Origin: Schmidtea nova
Lineage: Eukaryota
Assembly (NCBI GenBank): GCA_044892505.1
Contig: CM097884.1
Span: 20,522,001-20,586,000, forward strand
Length of the DNA stretch: 64,000 nucleotides
Direction of reading: 5' to 3'
The notes below the pieces were generated by a model. That model searched no databases. It was not told the origin of the DNA and was given only the letters and a program-made list of their open reading frames with translations. This document shows positions 1 through 14,129 of the stretch, piece after piece. Made by a program: the position numbers and the translations under genes. Within the stretch, counting starts at the first letter, position 1; every line of letters begins with the position of its first letter.

Positions 1-1689
1 ATGGTGTTTCGCATCAATTTTATAAAATACTTCAAACACAAAAACTTTTAGTACTAAAAAATTTATTAAGATAAACTCTTATACACAAGAAAAAACGAAT
101 AACAATATTTTTTTGTCACTCCTGGCTAATATTCACAACTTCCCTTAGACTAGTCCACGTCTACCTAGGGAGGCGCGCCTCCCAGTTTGGAAAACGCTGA
201 TTTAGATCATCTCATTTTGTTATTTGAGTGAAATCGTTAATGAAATTAATACCAGAAGATCCTAACAACGTATAATCGATTGAATAGATGTCTATATTAC
301 CCGTTTTCCCCCTAAAAACCAAAATAAATAACACTTGATACTGTTCAAGATAACAAATCCCAAAGTCTTTTTTTTTTATCAAAGATTCAGATAAGTTTAT
401 CAAAGTTTATAAGATTCTAAATCCATAGGAAGACATTATTCGTGTTCTTTGTTTTCATTCATACAAAAACAAAGTTTCTATATAATCATTCATACGAATT
501 TGTCAAATGTTATCAATTTTATTTTTTCACTCGAATAGTTCATTTAAATTTTACATTAACTTTAGTAAAAATTATTATACTTATTTCTTTGTAATTAATG
601 GTTTAAAGATGTCTTAAAATTGAAATAATTGCGTCTGTTTCATCACAAAATTCAACATCTGTATAAATTTGCAAATAAAATACAACGAAATATATTACTC
701 TTTAAAAAATCAAATTCTCACATGTCCTACAATTTCGCAGAAAGAACTTTTTCATTGCGTTGTGAAAAGTTCTTCTCTTTCAGTGTTAAATCTGCACTAG
801 TTTCAGAGATGTGCAGCGATGAGATCGGAATTCTCTAACAAGTGAGACTGGACTACATCATAAGGAATCTTTGTTCCTCATTACTATTTAAGTTATTTAT
901 CATATAAAAAGCTTCTAAAAGTTTCAAACTAAAAAAATAGATAATACTGACAAACAAACAAAATTATAATCCTAAATAATTTTACGCTGCTTCTTGATTG
1001 GCATCCGCATCCGCATCCGCATCTGCATTTTCATTTTTCTTTTTTTTACTCTTGTATCATCGACTGATTTATTATTTAACAATGACTTTTTCAGCACAGA
1101 AATACAAATTCATTCCTTCAAAGGCAATTCAAGCAAACCAAGTTTCCCTATATTAACTATATTATCCACAGTCAATCATCACCTTACCAAACAAGATTGA
1201 CATTATATATACAGAACAAATATAATTTTTAAATGTTTATGAAAATAAGTATTAAGTAATTGGTGATGACTGTTTGGAAATAAAAGTGCAATGTAGCAAT
1301 GGAAGTATTATAAATAATTTTTAACAACTTTTTAAATTAGGAAGTGAGAAGCCCAATTGCCCTTGATTCTCTTAGATCCCACCGCTGCATAAGAATTAAA
1401 TAACATATCCGGAATTATTTATCAGTAGTATATATGGTTTATAGGGGTCATTACCGGCAATAATTTGGTTTTCAGTATTATTTTATCGTATCGCGGCCTT
1501 CAATCCTAATCTGACAATATAATGAGGATAAATTTCAATTAAATGCATTTTTTTAAATTTTAACATAAATATATAATGTTTTTGTCATATTTTTCGATGC
1601 ATGCTTTTACTATGACTCGTCATTAAGAATAATCTATTACCCTTACCTTAAAAATTATTAGTTGTAGCGGTTTCAATTCATGCAATAAT

Positions 1690-3500
1690 TTTTGTCTTGC
1701 CTTGTAATACTCACTCTTAATTGATCCTTCTGCGATCTTAAGTTATTCAACTTTAAAACCTTCTTCATGAATCCCAGATACTTTTCCGTTAAATTCAAAT
1801 TCTAATCAGTCAAGATTTATCTAAATTTCCTTTACTTCACTTTCTCGCTTCAACTCACGATCGTACTGTATCAAATATTCAAATTCTGCGATTAATTCTT
1901 CATACTTATCATCATACGTTTCACGTTTATTTTGTTCTTCGGTGGAATTCGATACGTCTGCCAAATTTCTATTCCGAAACCACCCAAGGCTATTTTCTAT
2001 CCAGTTTGCTGTTTTTGTTACTAGCCTGAAGTTGCTAAGCCTAAAACCAAATGGAAAGTAAAACATTTATTGATCTCATAGTCACATAACTTTTACCTAT
2101 TTTCTAACGGCAAATATTATTTCCATTGTTATTTCTTTGAGATACCTTTTTAGCTTGAATCTTTGATTTAATATTTTCAATAGAATATGACGATTCAACT
2201 TCAAGTGTAATTGTTTTGTAAGATAAAGAATTTGCGCTCAGTTTTTTTATTTTTTTTCATAATTCACTGTGAATAAACAAATCAAAAGATTTCTTACATT
2301 GAAAATGTGCTTTGAATATCAAAAACCTCGAACTCTTAATGGTAACTACAACACAAAACATATTTCAGAGAACAACTCGGTTGGAAGGTAATTTTCGAAA
2401 TTTAAGGGGAAATGTCTTGGTAAAGATCAAAAATTGATTTATAAAATTAAATGCTTTACCCTGACTGGATAGCCAGAACAACGTTTTGCTACCATAAAAT
2501 TTTTAACAATTTGGAAACTTTGTTATCAAGATCATGGAATATTTGGAAGTAAAGTTTTTGCTTTATAGAAATATTTTAATTGATATATTTGGCAATAATC
2601 TTTTCAATGAGCTCATTTTTCGCTTTATCGAGTAGGCCGTCATCACAAAAAATAGTTTAAAAATCCAAGAAATTCACTTAGATAATAATTTTCTTTCGAT
2701 GCTAGCAATGCTGTTAGCTTGTATCAGAAATTGGTATCTCCGTACAATGTTTTAACTCGTGGAATTTCTTCAAAACTTTCAATACATATTCATTGAGCCT
2801 TTCTAATGTAAACCCCCTGGCTTCAAGAGCTTTATCATACAATAGATATAATAAAGCGCTTGCTAAATTTGTTGATATCAAGATTTATTAAGATTTTTTA
2901 CAAAAAAAAAACAAAAAGATGTTAGATATTTGTTGGAACCAAAAAAAACTGTTCAGATGAGCATCAATTACATCAAATAAATCCAACGAAACTGATAAAT
3001 ACACACAATACTCGTTTTCCAACATAAATTCGGAACAAAAAACAAAATGCACACAACCTTGAATATACACACACAAATTTGATTATAAATTGTTCATATT
3101 TTATCTTATACATCATATAAAAAATACCCACAAATTTCATTTATTGATTATTATAATTAATAACAAAATTATTTTTATTGATTTAAAAAATCATTTAAAT
3201 TAATTTATCTTAAATATTAACCATATTGTTGTGGTGTTAGTGTGTCTCTAGGGTGATCTGTCTTTTCCTTTTTCTCAAATAACACCTTTTCAACATGAAC
3301 ATATAACTTCTTTCATCTGACATTTTCCTACAATCATTCATCGATGACTGCGTTGGTAATATTCAGCGGAACCGAGCGTTAATAGGCACGCGAGCCTCAT
3401 TGCCACGAATACTTCCTATTAATCCAATTATCTTTCGGGTTCGTGTCGGTCGATAGGAGACCTAATTAATTTTTAAACATCATCTCTCTCCATAATTGTC
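1690..3500 (-). mobile_element. Highly degenerate LTR-retrotransposon (Ty3/gypsy-like) pol remnant
   Basis: Stop- and frameshift-ridden minus-strand fragments resemble RT/RNase H segments (e.g. EFLGFLNYFL near 2665-2695, LERLNEYVLKVLKK near 2770-2810). No intact ORF; boundaries approximate. Confidence 0.3.
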
Positions 3501-5424
3501 CTTTCTCAAATCTGTTAAGTACACTCCACATAACTTCTTTTGATCATAGAATAAATTCAGTTTCATCACTCAACATTTCAACCTTACCTAACTATAATAA
3601 TCTCAACGAGTACATTTTCTTATAGAAAATTCTGATAAACTAATACTTTCATACAAACTCACAAGCTTCATGACAATAACCAATAGATACAATACGAAGC
3701 TTCTTTTAGCAATTCACAAATATGAAGTTCATAATACAATGACTTCGTCTAACAATTCCATTTCGGATAAGCCATCCAAATATTCCAACTGTCTAGTGAG
3801 TTGCGCGTCAAACCTTTTCTTTTGCAGCCTCTTCCTCTTTCGCTCCTGTTTTGAACTAAGTCTCGCATTCTTGTTGACGCTGGTCAATGTTGATGGCCGT
3901 GTCGTGGGAATTACGGTTGTAAATAGACTTTGGTTACTCGGATACCAACTTTCATAAGTTAATGAGCAAATTCGCAGAGTTGGTTCCTGGTCCACAAACG
4001 ATTTAGTCATCAGCGACTTAAAATTATTCAATTTAATCCGGGTCGCTTGTAACTAAGTTTGCAATGCCTCCTTTGCATTACTTATTCGGACTATCTTTTG
4101 CTGAAGATCTCTCACGAATTCTAGAGTAAAATAAGACGACTCCAACTCGTAAATACGCTTCTTTAAACATCTTTCTGATTGTTTGCTCCACATCTCCTTC
4201 TGCTGCGAACATTTACATGCAGAGAGATTTTGAGATATTTGAATTTGGACTGCCTTATCTCTGATCAATTTTCCCGTGGCTCTAGTTTATCAATGTGACT
4301 CGATTCCTTATCTCGATAACGTCTCCTCTCGAAAATTTCTTCTACCCACTGATTTTATTTACTGATTTACATCGTTTTGCTATTCCGTCGGAATTTTCGC
4401 TGCTAATAATTAAATGCTAGAACTACGAGCCATGCTTACTAAACATGCGGGATATTATTTAATTACGAATTTTTCGCAATAATATTTTCCCTCAAAAAAT
4501 GAGATCATAAGAAATTTCAGGGTTCCACCTATTCAATTACTATTAACTATCTACCCCTTACACTTATTTTTTACCTTAGTTCCATCAATATAATTTAAAA
4601 CGATGGTTTGAGAACTCGGCCGAGAACTCGAATTTCCAACCTATTAAGAACAAGTGGCTGGTGGATCGACAGAGTTCCTTCCTAGATCAGTTTAAGGGTA
4701 ATGACAGAGATATGAGAGGAGTAATAAATAATTAATTAAACAAAACAACAATTATCAATTCTTCATTTCTCTGACGAATGATACACTAAATGCTGGTATA
4801 TTAAATACTATTGACAATAATCACAATTAATTTAAACAGATTATTAATGCTATGCAGTTAGCACTAGAAAAGCGATTACGATACTAACTTTGCATGTTCC
4901 TTATATAATGATTCTCAGTGGACAAGTCAGTCAATCAGAACTTACTCGCCTCCTCAAAATAATATTTTAAATTAAATTATTTATATTATTATCACTAATA
5001 TTCGTTTTATTTTTTTCATTAAAGCTTTTTATTCTAATTGATTATCTATTTGTTTTTAATCCTTTCTCATTTATTTGTTCTTTCTGGCTGACTTTCGTGA
5101 AATTTCAGTTTATTCCTTTTTAATTACTTTCTTTAATCAATTATTCTTAATGGTTAAAGTATTACATTTTCTAATTTCGCTTCTTCACTTCGTTTTTTCT
5201 GTATTATTATATTTGAATATTTATTTGTACTTTCATTTTCCCTTACTATCCAATTGTACATTCTATCTATGCGTATGTGAGACCAACAATATTNNNNNNN
5301 NNNNNNNNNNNNNNNNNNNNNNNNNNNNNNNNNNNNNNNNNNNNNNNNNNNNNNNNNNNNNNNNNNNNNNNNNNNNNNNNNNNNNNNNNNNNNNNNNNNN
5401 NNNNNNNNNNNNNNNNNNNNNNNN

Positions 5425-5578
5425 CTCATAATGACTATAGATCAAAATTTTTTTTATAAACAATAACACAATATTTCGGCACAGCCTTTATCAAGTGTGT
5501 ATTTCACACTTGATAAAGGCTGTGCCGAAATATTGTGTTATTGTTTATAAAAAAAATTCGATCTATAGTCATTATGAG
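5425..5578. repeat. Foldback palindrome (~75-bp arms, TATTT loop); member of a dispersed family
   Basis: Arms ctcataatgactatagatc...atcaagtgtg and cacacttgat...gatctatagtcattatgag are near-perfect reverse complements around loop 5500-5504. Both sides run into N gaps. A near-identical copy lies at 48.7-48.9 kb. Confidence 0.9.
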
Positions 5579-5986
5579 AATTATTGATAATAATAATAAT
5601 AAAAAAAGATCAAANNNNNNNNNNNNNNNNNNNNNNNNNNNNNNNNNNNNNNNNNNNNNNNNNNNNNNNNNNNNNNNNNNNNNNNNNNNNNNNNNNNNNN
5701 NNNNNNNNNNNNNNNNNNNNNNNNNNNNNNNNNNNNNNNNNNNNNNNNNNNNNNNNNNNNNNNNNNNATAGCTTATATTAAATTATTATAAATTATATTA
5801 TATTTATATTATAAATTATCTTATTTAAGTTGAAATCCTTAGTTATTTATAAATAAGTAGGTAGAAAGATTAGTAATGAAGAGTTTTATTGATGATCAAC
5901 ATGATAAGTTATGTTTATTTTTAATGTAAAAGTATTTCCATTAAACAATTAAAGATTACCTAACCAATATCATAATTAAGGAGTAC

Positions 5987-5990
<4 letters not shown>

Positions 5991-6052
<62 letters not shown>
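5991..6052. repeat. (TA)n microsatellite
   Basis: Direct reading; abuts the left end of the Penelope-like element. Confidence 0.95.
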
Positions 6053-6056
<4 letters not shown>

Positions 6057-6074
6057 ACGAAATCGCCAAACAAT

Positions 6075-6113
6075 AGAAATATATTTCAAGGACATAGTCC
6101 TCATCATCAGTCT
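6075..6113 (-). ncRNA. Minimal hammerhead-like motif in the Penelope pLTR
   Basis: aga-CTGATGA-t-gaggac/tat/gtcctt-GAAA-tatat-t-tct: core boxes, stem II and palindromic stem III are present; stem I is only 3 bp. Confidence 0.55.
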
Positions 6114-6181
6114 GTCATCATAATCTAAATTAAATGCTATATACGGAAATAGTAATGACATAATGGCTATGATTTAATGAG

Positions 6182-7396
6182 TTAATTAAATAATCTCAAT
6201 AAATTCGTTGCTGATTGAATATTAATTGTAGGGGATTGTGATTTAATCACCAACGCCTCATATAAAATTCTTTCCCATTTATTATTAAAGTTTTTTAATA
6301 TAATTTTAAAATCTCTTAAATCAGTTTCTCCTATACACATTTTTCTATGCTCAATAATATTACTCACACCTTTCAATCGGCTATGTTCCTGAACCCGTGT
6401 GCGGAGATGACGGGAAGTCTCTCCAATGTATGTAGCACTGCACCCATTACAAGAAAACTTATACACTAGATCAGAAACTAAACCTTTTGGGGTTTGAGAT
6501 TTATTACTAAACATATTTACTGATTTTAAAGACTTTGACACTATGTTAAATATGTTAGAATTTCCTAAGGATTTCATTATAGAACACTTAAAGTTTTTAA
6601 AACCTTCCGAATATGGAATTACTAAAACGTGCGTTTTTAAATGTTCACTATCATTAGATGGACTACCATTTCCATTGCTTTCATCAGGCTCAATCAATAG
6701 CCGATCAATGGTTTCCTTAGTCAGTCTTTCTACAAAAGCCTTTGAATATCCATTTTTATTGAGAAGTTGATGTATACTTTTGTTAGATTTTTCAAAAGTA
6801 GAAGATAATGACCACGATCTAAAAATCAAACCCTTAATCATATTTTTATTATATTTAAAATCACAAAAGCTATTAGCAGTAGTATATAGACCTGTATCAG
6901 TTGGCTTTCTATATACTTCTGTTTCAAAACCCTTAGATGTTCGTTTCACTAACAGATCTAAAAATGGAAGAAAAGCATTAACTTCTTCTTCCACCGTGAA
7001 CTTAATATTGGAATGTAGCCCATTCATATAATTTAAAAAAGGAACAACATCATCAGCATTCGAAAATACTAAAAAAATATCATCAACGTAACGTTTATAT
7101 ATCTTAGGCTTAGAAAAAGGAAAATCAGAAATCTTTTTCTCTAATTTTGAAAGAAAAATTGACGCAAGAGTTGGAGCTAAAGGTGATCCCATCGCCACTC
7201 CATCAACTTGCTGATACCAATTATCATCAAAAAGAAAAGCAACATTTGAGGTTGCAAATATCAACAATTCACGAAATGCAACTACATCTAATGTCTGATC
7301 ATCAACCATGTTCTCTTTCCACAACTCACAACACAGATCAATCGTCTCACTTAATGAAACATTTGTAAATAAACTAGTTACAGCGAAAGACACCAT
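6182..7396 (-). CDS. Penelope-like reverse transcriptase + GIY-YIG endonuclease (N-terminally truncated)
   Basis: Motifs DGVAMGSPLAPTLASIFL, YKRYVDDIF, VYRKPT and VYKFSCNGCSATYIGETSRHLRTRVQEH. Frameshifted upstream RT sequence (YGLPKIHK...RPVLS) continues to ~7650. Confidence 0.92.
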   Translation of the reverse strand: MVSFAVTSLFTNVSLSETIDLCCELWKENMVDDQTLDVVAFRELLIFATSNVAFLFDDNWYQQVDGVAMGSPLAPTLASIFLSKLEKKISDFPFSKPKIYKRYVDDIFLVFSNADDVVPFLNYMNGLHSNIKFTVEEEVNAFLPFLDLLVKRTSKGFETEVYRKPTDTGLYTTANSFCDFKYNKNMIKGLIFRSWSLSSTFEKSNKSIHQLLNKNGYSKAFVERLTKETIDRLLIEPDESNGNGSPSNDSEHLKTHVLVIPYSEGFKNFKCSIMKSLGNSNIFNIVSKSLKSVNMFSNKSQTPKGLVSDLVYKFSCNGCSATYIGETSRHLRTRVQEHSRLKGVSNIIEHRKMCIGETDLRDFKIILKNFNNKWERILYEALVIKSQSPTINIQSATNLLRLFN

Positions 7397-7737
7397 ATAA
7401 TCAGCAGGATCAATAACCTGTTTTGTTATAAACTCAACAAATTCAAAAGAATTTCGACACTCACTTGTTTAAAGATCAAAGGTTTTAACAATGAGTCAAG
7501 AACCTTAGCAACCTTATACTGTGCTGAACCTACCATAGAAAGAACCGGGCGCTTTGGAACATCTTTTTTATGAATTTTCGGCAGACCATATAATTTTGCA
7601 GGTTGGAACCCAACCGCATATAGTTGTTTACCAAAATCACAATCTAAATGTTTATCTTTTATCAGACGACAAACAAGTTTATTAAGAATTTCTTCATCTT
7701 TTTAATTCTTCATCTATTTAATTTAGATTATGATGAC

Positions 7738-7776
7738 AGACTGATGATAAGGACTATGTCCTTGAAATATATTTTT
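7738..7776 (+). ncRNA. Minimal hammerhead-like motif in the inverted pLTR copy
   Basis: aga-CTGATGA-t-aaggac/tat/gtcctt-GAAA-tatat-t-ttt. Confidence 0.5.
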
Positions 7777-7831
7777 ATTGTTTGGCGATTTCGTGTTTTT
7801 ATTAATAATAGGCCATCATTTTTTCGATATT

Positions 7832-7835
<4 letters not shown>

Positions 7836-7905
<70 letters not shown>
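7836..7905. repeat. (TA)n microsatellite
   Basis: Direct reading. Confidence 0.95.
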
Positions 7906-7908
<3 letters not shown>

Positions 7909-10900
7909 CTAGAATTAAAATCGCTCTTGTTATGTTATAATTTTTTGCAGTATCAATGATATTTCAAAGAAATAGTAACGACAAAACCTTTACCCATTAT
8001 TGTAGATGTTAATTAATACAATTAACGTAGAATTTTCATTTTAAGAATGCTCATCTGGTTCATCCTTTAGAAGAAAACTGAAGGACAATGAAAAAAGTAC
8101 GTTAATTATATATAAAATATTTAAGTCAACTGTTAAATGCCCTACTGCATTATATGTATTAATTTCCTTTTTAATTATTTAAAAATAATAATTAACCATT
8201 TTTTCTAATAAAATTTCTTTCTTTTAATTAACTGAGATTTTGTTACTAGCTTTAAAATAAATTGACAAAAATACACATTACATTATAAATTGTTGAATTA
8301 AAATTAATTTTTCTTTTTTAACTCTTTCTTTTAACTTCCAATTTCTGTTTGTTATCTTGTCAAACTTTGGATCGATTTTTAACCCACTTCCCGATATCCA
8401 ATCGATCTGAAAATTTGCGAGCAGACTCGTGGTGGCCCACAAATTATTCCATTGAAAAATTGTGAAACAATGTGATTTTAAAATTTACTGTTGCCAAGAA
8501 ACTACCAAACAATGAAACAACAATAAAATTAACCGAGAACATGAGAAAAAGAAAGAGTTACATTAAAAACTTGTTTTTATGGGTTCCTTTTTATTTAAAT
8601 ACTACTAATGCAAATAATTGCGATCGAAAAAAAATATTTCAAAATTTGTTATTATTAAATTATGTTTTATTTTTTATTTTGAGGATTTTTACTGATAAAC
8701 CTCTTATAATAAATGAGAGACAAGAAAAAATATAGTAAAAACAACGAAAGTACATTTATAGAATAAAAATAAAGACTTCGTCTTTGGTGTACCACTATAT
8801 GAACATTACTTTATTCATATAGAAAGGGATTAGGGATTTTAATACACTTAACATTTGGATTTGAAGTAAATATTTCCAATTACATAATCGATGCCAACTA
8901 GCCTATCACGTGACATCTGCTCTAGCTATTACCCCGAATAATTTAGCTTCAGAATTTGTTGTCGTACCTAAATATTGATTAAATCAGCTTTTGTAATTCC
9001 AAATTTAATATTTTTTTATTAAAATTTTTATTGTAAATTGTCTTAATTACAGGTTCCTTATTATTTTAACAAATTACTAAAAATTGAAAATAATTTGTAC
9101 AGAAATATTTGTTTGTTCTAATAGAATGCGTTGATTACATCACATTGATTGATAAATCTAAGACTTGAGGTACAAGGAAACAAAATCGTTCAAGTATTTC
9201 GTCAGCATATCCACTTTAAACATTCATTATTCTAATTATCAAATACTGGCTTGCATCCTGACGTCAATACTAAATAAATAATAAATATTGAAAAGAATGA
9301 AAAAATAGAATCTTTAGTTCCGTCAAGAGAGTTTGTTCTCGAAGTAATAGAACCTATCAAAAATTGTGGAAGGACCGTTATCATATATAATATTTATTAT
9401 TATATATCTTCAACAAGCTGCAAAGTTTTCGATATCTCTACAGAGATTCTCCACAGAGATTCTTCCAATTTTAAATTCATTGAACCAGCATTTTATTCCG
9501 GTCAATAAAAGACTTTTTCACCGTTAAAAGCATTCCATTCCATTTGAATTTCATCTCGACTTTTACCTTACAAATGCTTAAAGCGAATAACACTGAAACA
9601 TTTCACTTTCCAATGACATTATTAAAGTAACGATATGCAATATGTCAAAAATAATTACAAACTGAACGAAAATACTTTAAATTTACCGAAGTACACTATG
9701 CTTTACTTTATTACAATATATAAAATTCACAACCACGTTTTCATATTAAGCTCACTACTTATTGAGCCTAGCGCTTAGTTACACTTTTATCTTAATTTAT
9801 TATTAATGATGAATGACTTATCGTTTACGGCCCTTCTAGCGCGATACATTTGAAAATTATTATTTCCTAGCTTGTCTACCTTCTTATTATTCAGGTCACA
9901 GTTGCACCAGCATTAATAGCGGTTTTTACATATGTTTTGCTAACATTTCAATATTAATAAAATATTAATACGTTATGTTATGACAAAATAAAATTATTTG
10001 GTAGATTCTATTAACAATTTAAATTTCGTTAATTATAATATATATTTTTCCAATGACAGCATTTCGGTGCTCAACTTACTGCTTGGTTTGACTGTTCGTT
10101 GTCACAAATCTGTTTATATCACTTATTAGTTTCAAATTATTATTTTATAAGACTAAAATTCTTGAAATATTCTATTTCAAGCTGTTGTTCTATAAACTAG
10201 CTAATTAAATACTTTTTAATACCTAATAGTCAACTTCACGTCTAATGTCTTAAACGTTGTGGATTATCACTAAGCAAATCAAGTCGGTTACTATGATGAA
10301 TAATTTTAATGTTTAACAAGATGTAATCACATTAGCAAGCATATTCGACAAATATATTGAAATATATGGGAAATTTTATAACGTGAACATATGAAATTCA
10401 TTGATCATAACAAAAACCCCTGACCACTACTTATAAGGATAAGATATAAGTCACATTATTCTAATTGAAGGATTTTTTAGTTACGATGTATTGTTGATTA
10501 TTTAAAATAACGAAGTTTAACGAGTTATTTTTGAATTTATGGAAAAGGTAATATCATTAAAATCTAATCTTCGTTTTGATCTTTATGCGATTTCATTATT
10601 TTCAGGCTATAAATCAAATTTCTTTCTTATTCAACACAAATTTTTGACAGCCTTTTTTCAAGTGTTTTTAATAAAATGCAGTTTTGAATCAATTAATATT
10701 AAATAGCAATTATTAATTTTATGGTTTTTAACTTTTTGATTCTCGTGTACATGACAAATCTTTTGAGAACATTTTTATTTTGATTAAATGCTTTATTTTA
10801 TTGATGCTAATAAAATGCTAAATGCTAAATAATAAACAATTTTGGTTTTCTTTTTGAACTACATCTAATAGTGTGCAATGTTAGCATTTTATTGTGTACA

Positions 10901-12246
10901 TTTAATATTATCATTACATTATTTTTCTAGTAATTGACGGGCATAAATATAATGGCTTTCTATTTATTTATCCTTCATCATGCAAATATTTCTTTAAAAA
11001 CCTATTGTATAAAAAATTTGTTTTATTGTTATTAGAATAACTTTTATCTAATATACTATCTACATATTTTAATAGTGATCCCTCATGAATAAATTTGTTT
11101 TCTTTCAAAACTTTCTTTATTAATTGTTTAATAATTATAAAAATTTCAAGTTTGATATAATATCGACGTCATATAATAATTATTATTATAAAATTGCGAA
11201 TTTACCTTATCTTTCCATTCTTTTCAGGCTATTGATCAGTATTTTGTTTTATATTTCAATGTTTGTGTATAACTTTACGTAGAATTTAGAATGCAAAATC
11301 GGATTTAAAAACTTCTCTTAAATAATATTTTATATAATTTATGCTCTCTAAAAGGTTGTTTTCCACGCTGATAATAAGTGACTGAAATTTTATATATTTC
11401 TTTAAAAAACTGTATTTTGATAGTTACATTTTATCTACAAAATAAACTTAGGATGAAATTTTCAAAGATATCAGTTAACGCCGAGAAAGTTTAATTTTTA
11501 CAAAGGCAGTAAACCTGTTCTTTTTTTTGAATGGTTGAAAATTGAACTTTACCACTATTTCAATTATTCTTGTTTTTCTGTTAGAAATATTATTACTTAA
11601 TTGTTGAAAATATGAATTTATCTAATATGTATGTGAATGAGTGATCTACTTACTATTATAAGTAATATATAAATTTAATAAATTTAATTTATAAGAAATA
11701 ATATTGAATTCAAAATTCAAAATTATGTCTATAACGATGGATGGTGGTGCTCCGATCTCTCTAAGTAAAAAACTTTATTCGTACGGACTGTGTCTGATAT
11801 TAATATTGTCATTAGGAGTTGCCGAATATGAATTAGAACAGTAAAAGACAATAAATTGATTCTTCAATACGTCAAAAAATTTCCGTATTTTTAAATAAAT
11901 ATGTTATTTTTGACAGGTTATAGCTAGTTATTATTAAAATAACTGACTTTTTTAATGTAAAATAAAACATTTAAATATAAAGACTGTTTTCTAACTTTAT
12001 AAAGTATTGTGCAAATTTAGTCTATATAGTTAAGTAAGCATAAGTATTTGGTAAAACAAATTTAGAGAAAAGACAGAACGATATTCACTGGCATACTTCA
12101 AATAAAAGCTATCCAAGAATGACATAGGCGGAATTCTTTATAATGCTCCCTCCAAGTAAAATACCATAACTAAACCAAACACAAAACTTCCAATGCGAGT
12201 TTTATTATATAAAATTCAGATAAGAACTAGTTTATCTTTAGAATTA

Positions 12247-12593
12247 CACCTAATTCTGTTTTTACACGAATTGTTTTTATACGAATTTGATTTGACACGA
12301 ATTAAAAAGAATTATTTTCTCTTTTTACACGAATTGCTTTGTTTTAACACGATTTTCAATATTCTATGAAATTTTTTTGATGTTTTATTTTTCACAAATT
12401 ATGTATACATACATTTTAACTTCGCATTATATTCTTCAGAATTCAGTTAGATTGTGTCGATTATATGCGTATGTTTTCTCTTTGGGTGGGATTCCCCGAA
12501 ATATACATAAAGTAAAAACGTAATATAGACCTAATACTGTTTTCACACGAATTTTTTAGGTACGTATCTATCGTGTAAAAACAGAATTAGGTG
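12247..12593. mobile_element. Tc1/mariner-type MITE (347 bp)
   Basis: Perfect 23-bp TIRs (cacctaattctgtttttacacga / tcgtgtaaaaacagaattaggtg), TA on both flanks, internal acacgaatt subrepeats. Confidence 0.85.
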
Positions 12594-14129
12594 TATACGT
12601 ACAGTCGACAAGAACTGTACTTTTAGGTGTCTTGGCAGAAATTTGTTTTATTTGAATTTATTAATGAAAAAATAAAATGAATTGAAAGACTTTAGACATT
12701 TAAGAAACCAAAAGTCTTAAATCCTACAGTTTTCCAGTCTTAATAAATTCCTAACAGTTTCAAAATTCCGACCCACCTTATTTGTTTTAAATAACTATGA
12801 AAAATAGAAAAAACAATAATGAAAACCTAAATAAAAATATTTTAAAAAATTGAGAAAAATTGCGGGTTAAAGCTTTATTAATTTCTAATACGTGTTGGGT
12901 TATTAATTTGAGTCGGTCTAGTTTCTGACTCATCGTGCTCCTTTAATAACGATATATTTGAGACCCAACACAATAAATTTATTTATTCAAATCTGACAAT
13001 TCACAACAACTAAAATCAGTACAATCTTTATTGTTTCTACACTCTTTTCTAAGCGATAGGGGTAGGTCTACCAAAGGTAGATTGCCCTTTCTGATACGCT
13101 TGATTGGCTAATGTTACTGTACGATAATCGCCTTTTCACTTACCCAATCTTTAAAACTACCGAAAATTCTCTTCGACCAAACTGGTAATTTTCTGTTTTT
13201 CTTGCTGCTTTTATGGTTTACCAATTTGTCAACAAATTGGTTATGTTTTCCAAACTTGTGGTCAAATTCGATTATGATTTTCCATAATTGGAATTTTGCT
13301 AATTAGAACTCGCTCTAATCTGATTTATTTCATCCGCGCTTTTGTTAATTCGATTTCTTCCCGGGTTTTCCTTTGCTCGGGTTCTCCACTAGCCCGGATC
13401 TCCCATGTAATCGGGCTTCCTCTTGACTCGGGTTTTCTACATGGCTAATAAATTATTCATAAATTTTTAATTAATTTCTTTTTACTGAATATCTTTTTCT
13501 GGGGACCCCCATTGATATTTTAGTATAATATTCGTACTCGTCTCCCCATTTGCCATCCGTACCAATTTCCCCGTTAAATCTTTATTTTTAATTTCTTCAA
13601 ATTTTTAATTAATTTTTTGTATTTAATTATTAGTTGTAAATTTAACGCTTTTCAGCCTTTTTATTGATTTTCTTTCAATCCCTTGCGCACTCTCACTTTA
13701 CTTGCACCACTTCAGACTAACCCCAACATACATATTCATTTAAATATTTTGGAAAAAAATAACAAGGTTTAATTTGATAAGTTTTTCCTTGGAAAAGTTA
13801 CATGGAAAAATTACTTTTTTTCATACATTTTAAATTTTTAGATGAATATTGGCTTGAAACTGAAAGAAAACATAAAAGATTTTGAAATGGTTTCGCAAAT
13901 TTTGCAATTATAATTGTAATTTACATCGTACAATATAGGGTGTGTAAAAAGTAACTGCAATATTTTGAAATTTAATATAATAAACATCCCAAATAAGACT
14001 GCAAAGTTTTCTATACAGCAACATTTATTAATTAAAATTTAATATTTCTAACAAAATTAAGATGCTCTATCAGCTACATGAAAATGATTATGCTTAGAAA
14101 ATCGTCATATGTGAAACCTTTCAAATTGA

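Larger units (their letters stand above)
6052..7803 (-). mobile_element. 5'-truncated Penelope-like retroelement with inverted terminal pseudo-LTR copy
   Basis: RT plus GIY-YIG ORF. 6052-6135 and ~7719-7803 are reverse-complementary copies with few mismatches. (TA)n tracts lie on both sides. Confidence 0.9.

Noticed and set aside
5075-5781. ORFs spanning N runs (also at 22.3, 23.7, 27.7, 48.9 and 55.6 kb)
   Set aside because: They are open only because Ns hide stop codons.
5976-6161. IYIYIY-type ORFs (also 7648, 54603, 59258, 63680)
   Set aside because: Translations of (TA)n microsatellites.
8700-12200. Scattered exon-like or retroelement-like fragments
   Set aside because: No consistent frame or recognisable motif.
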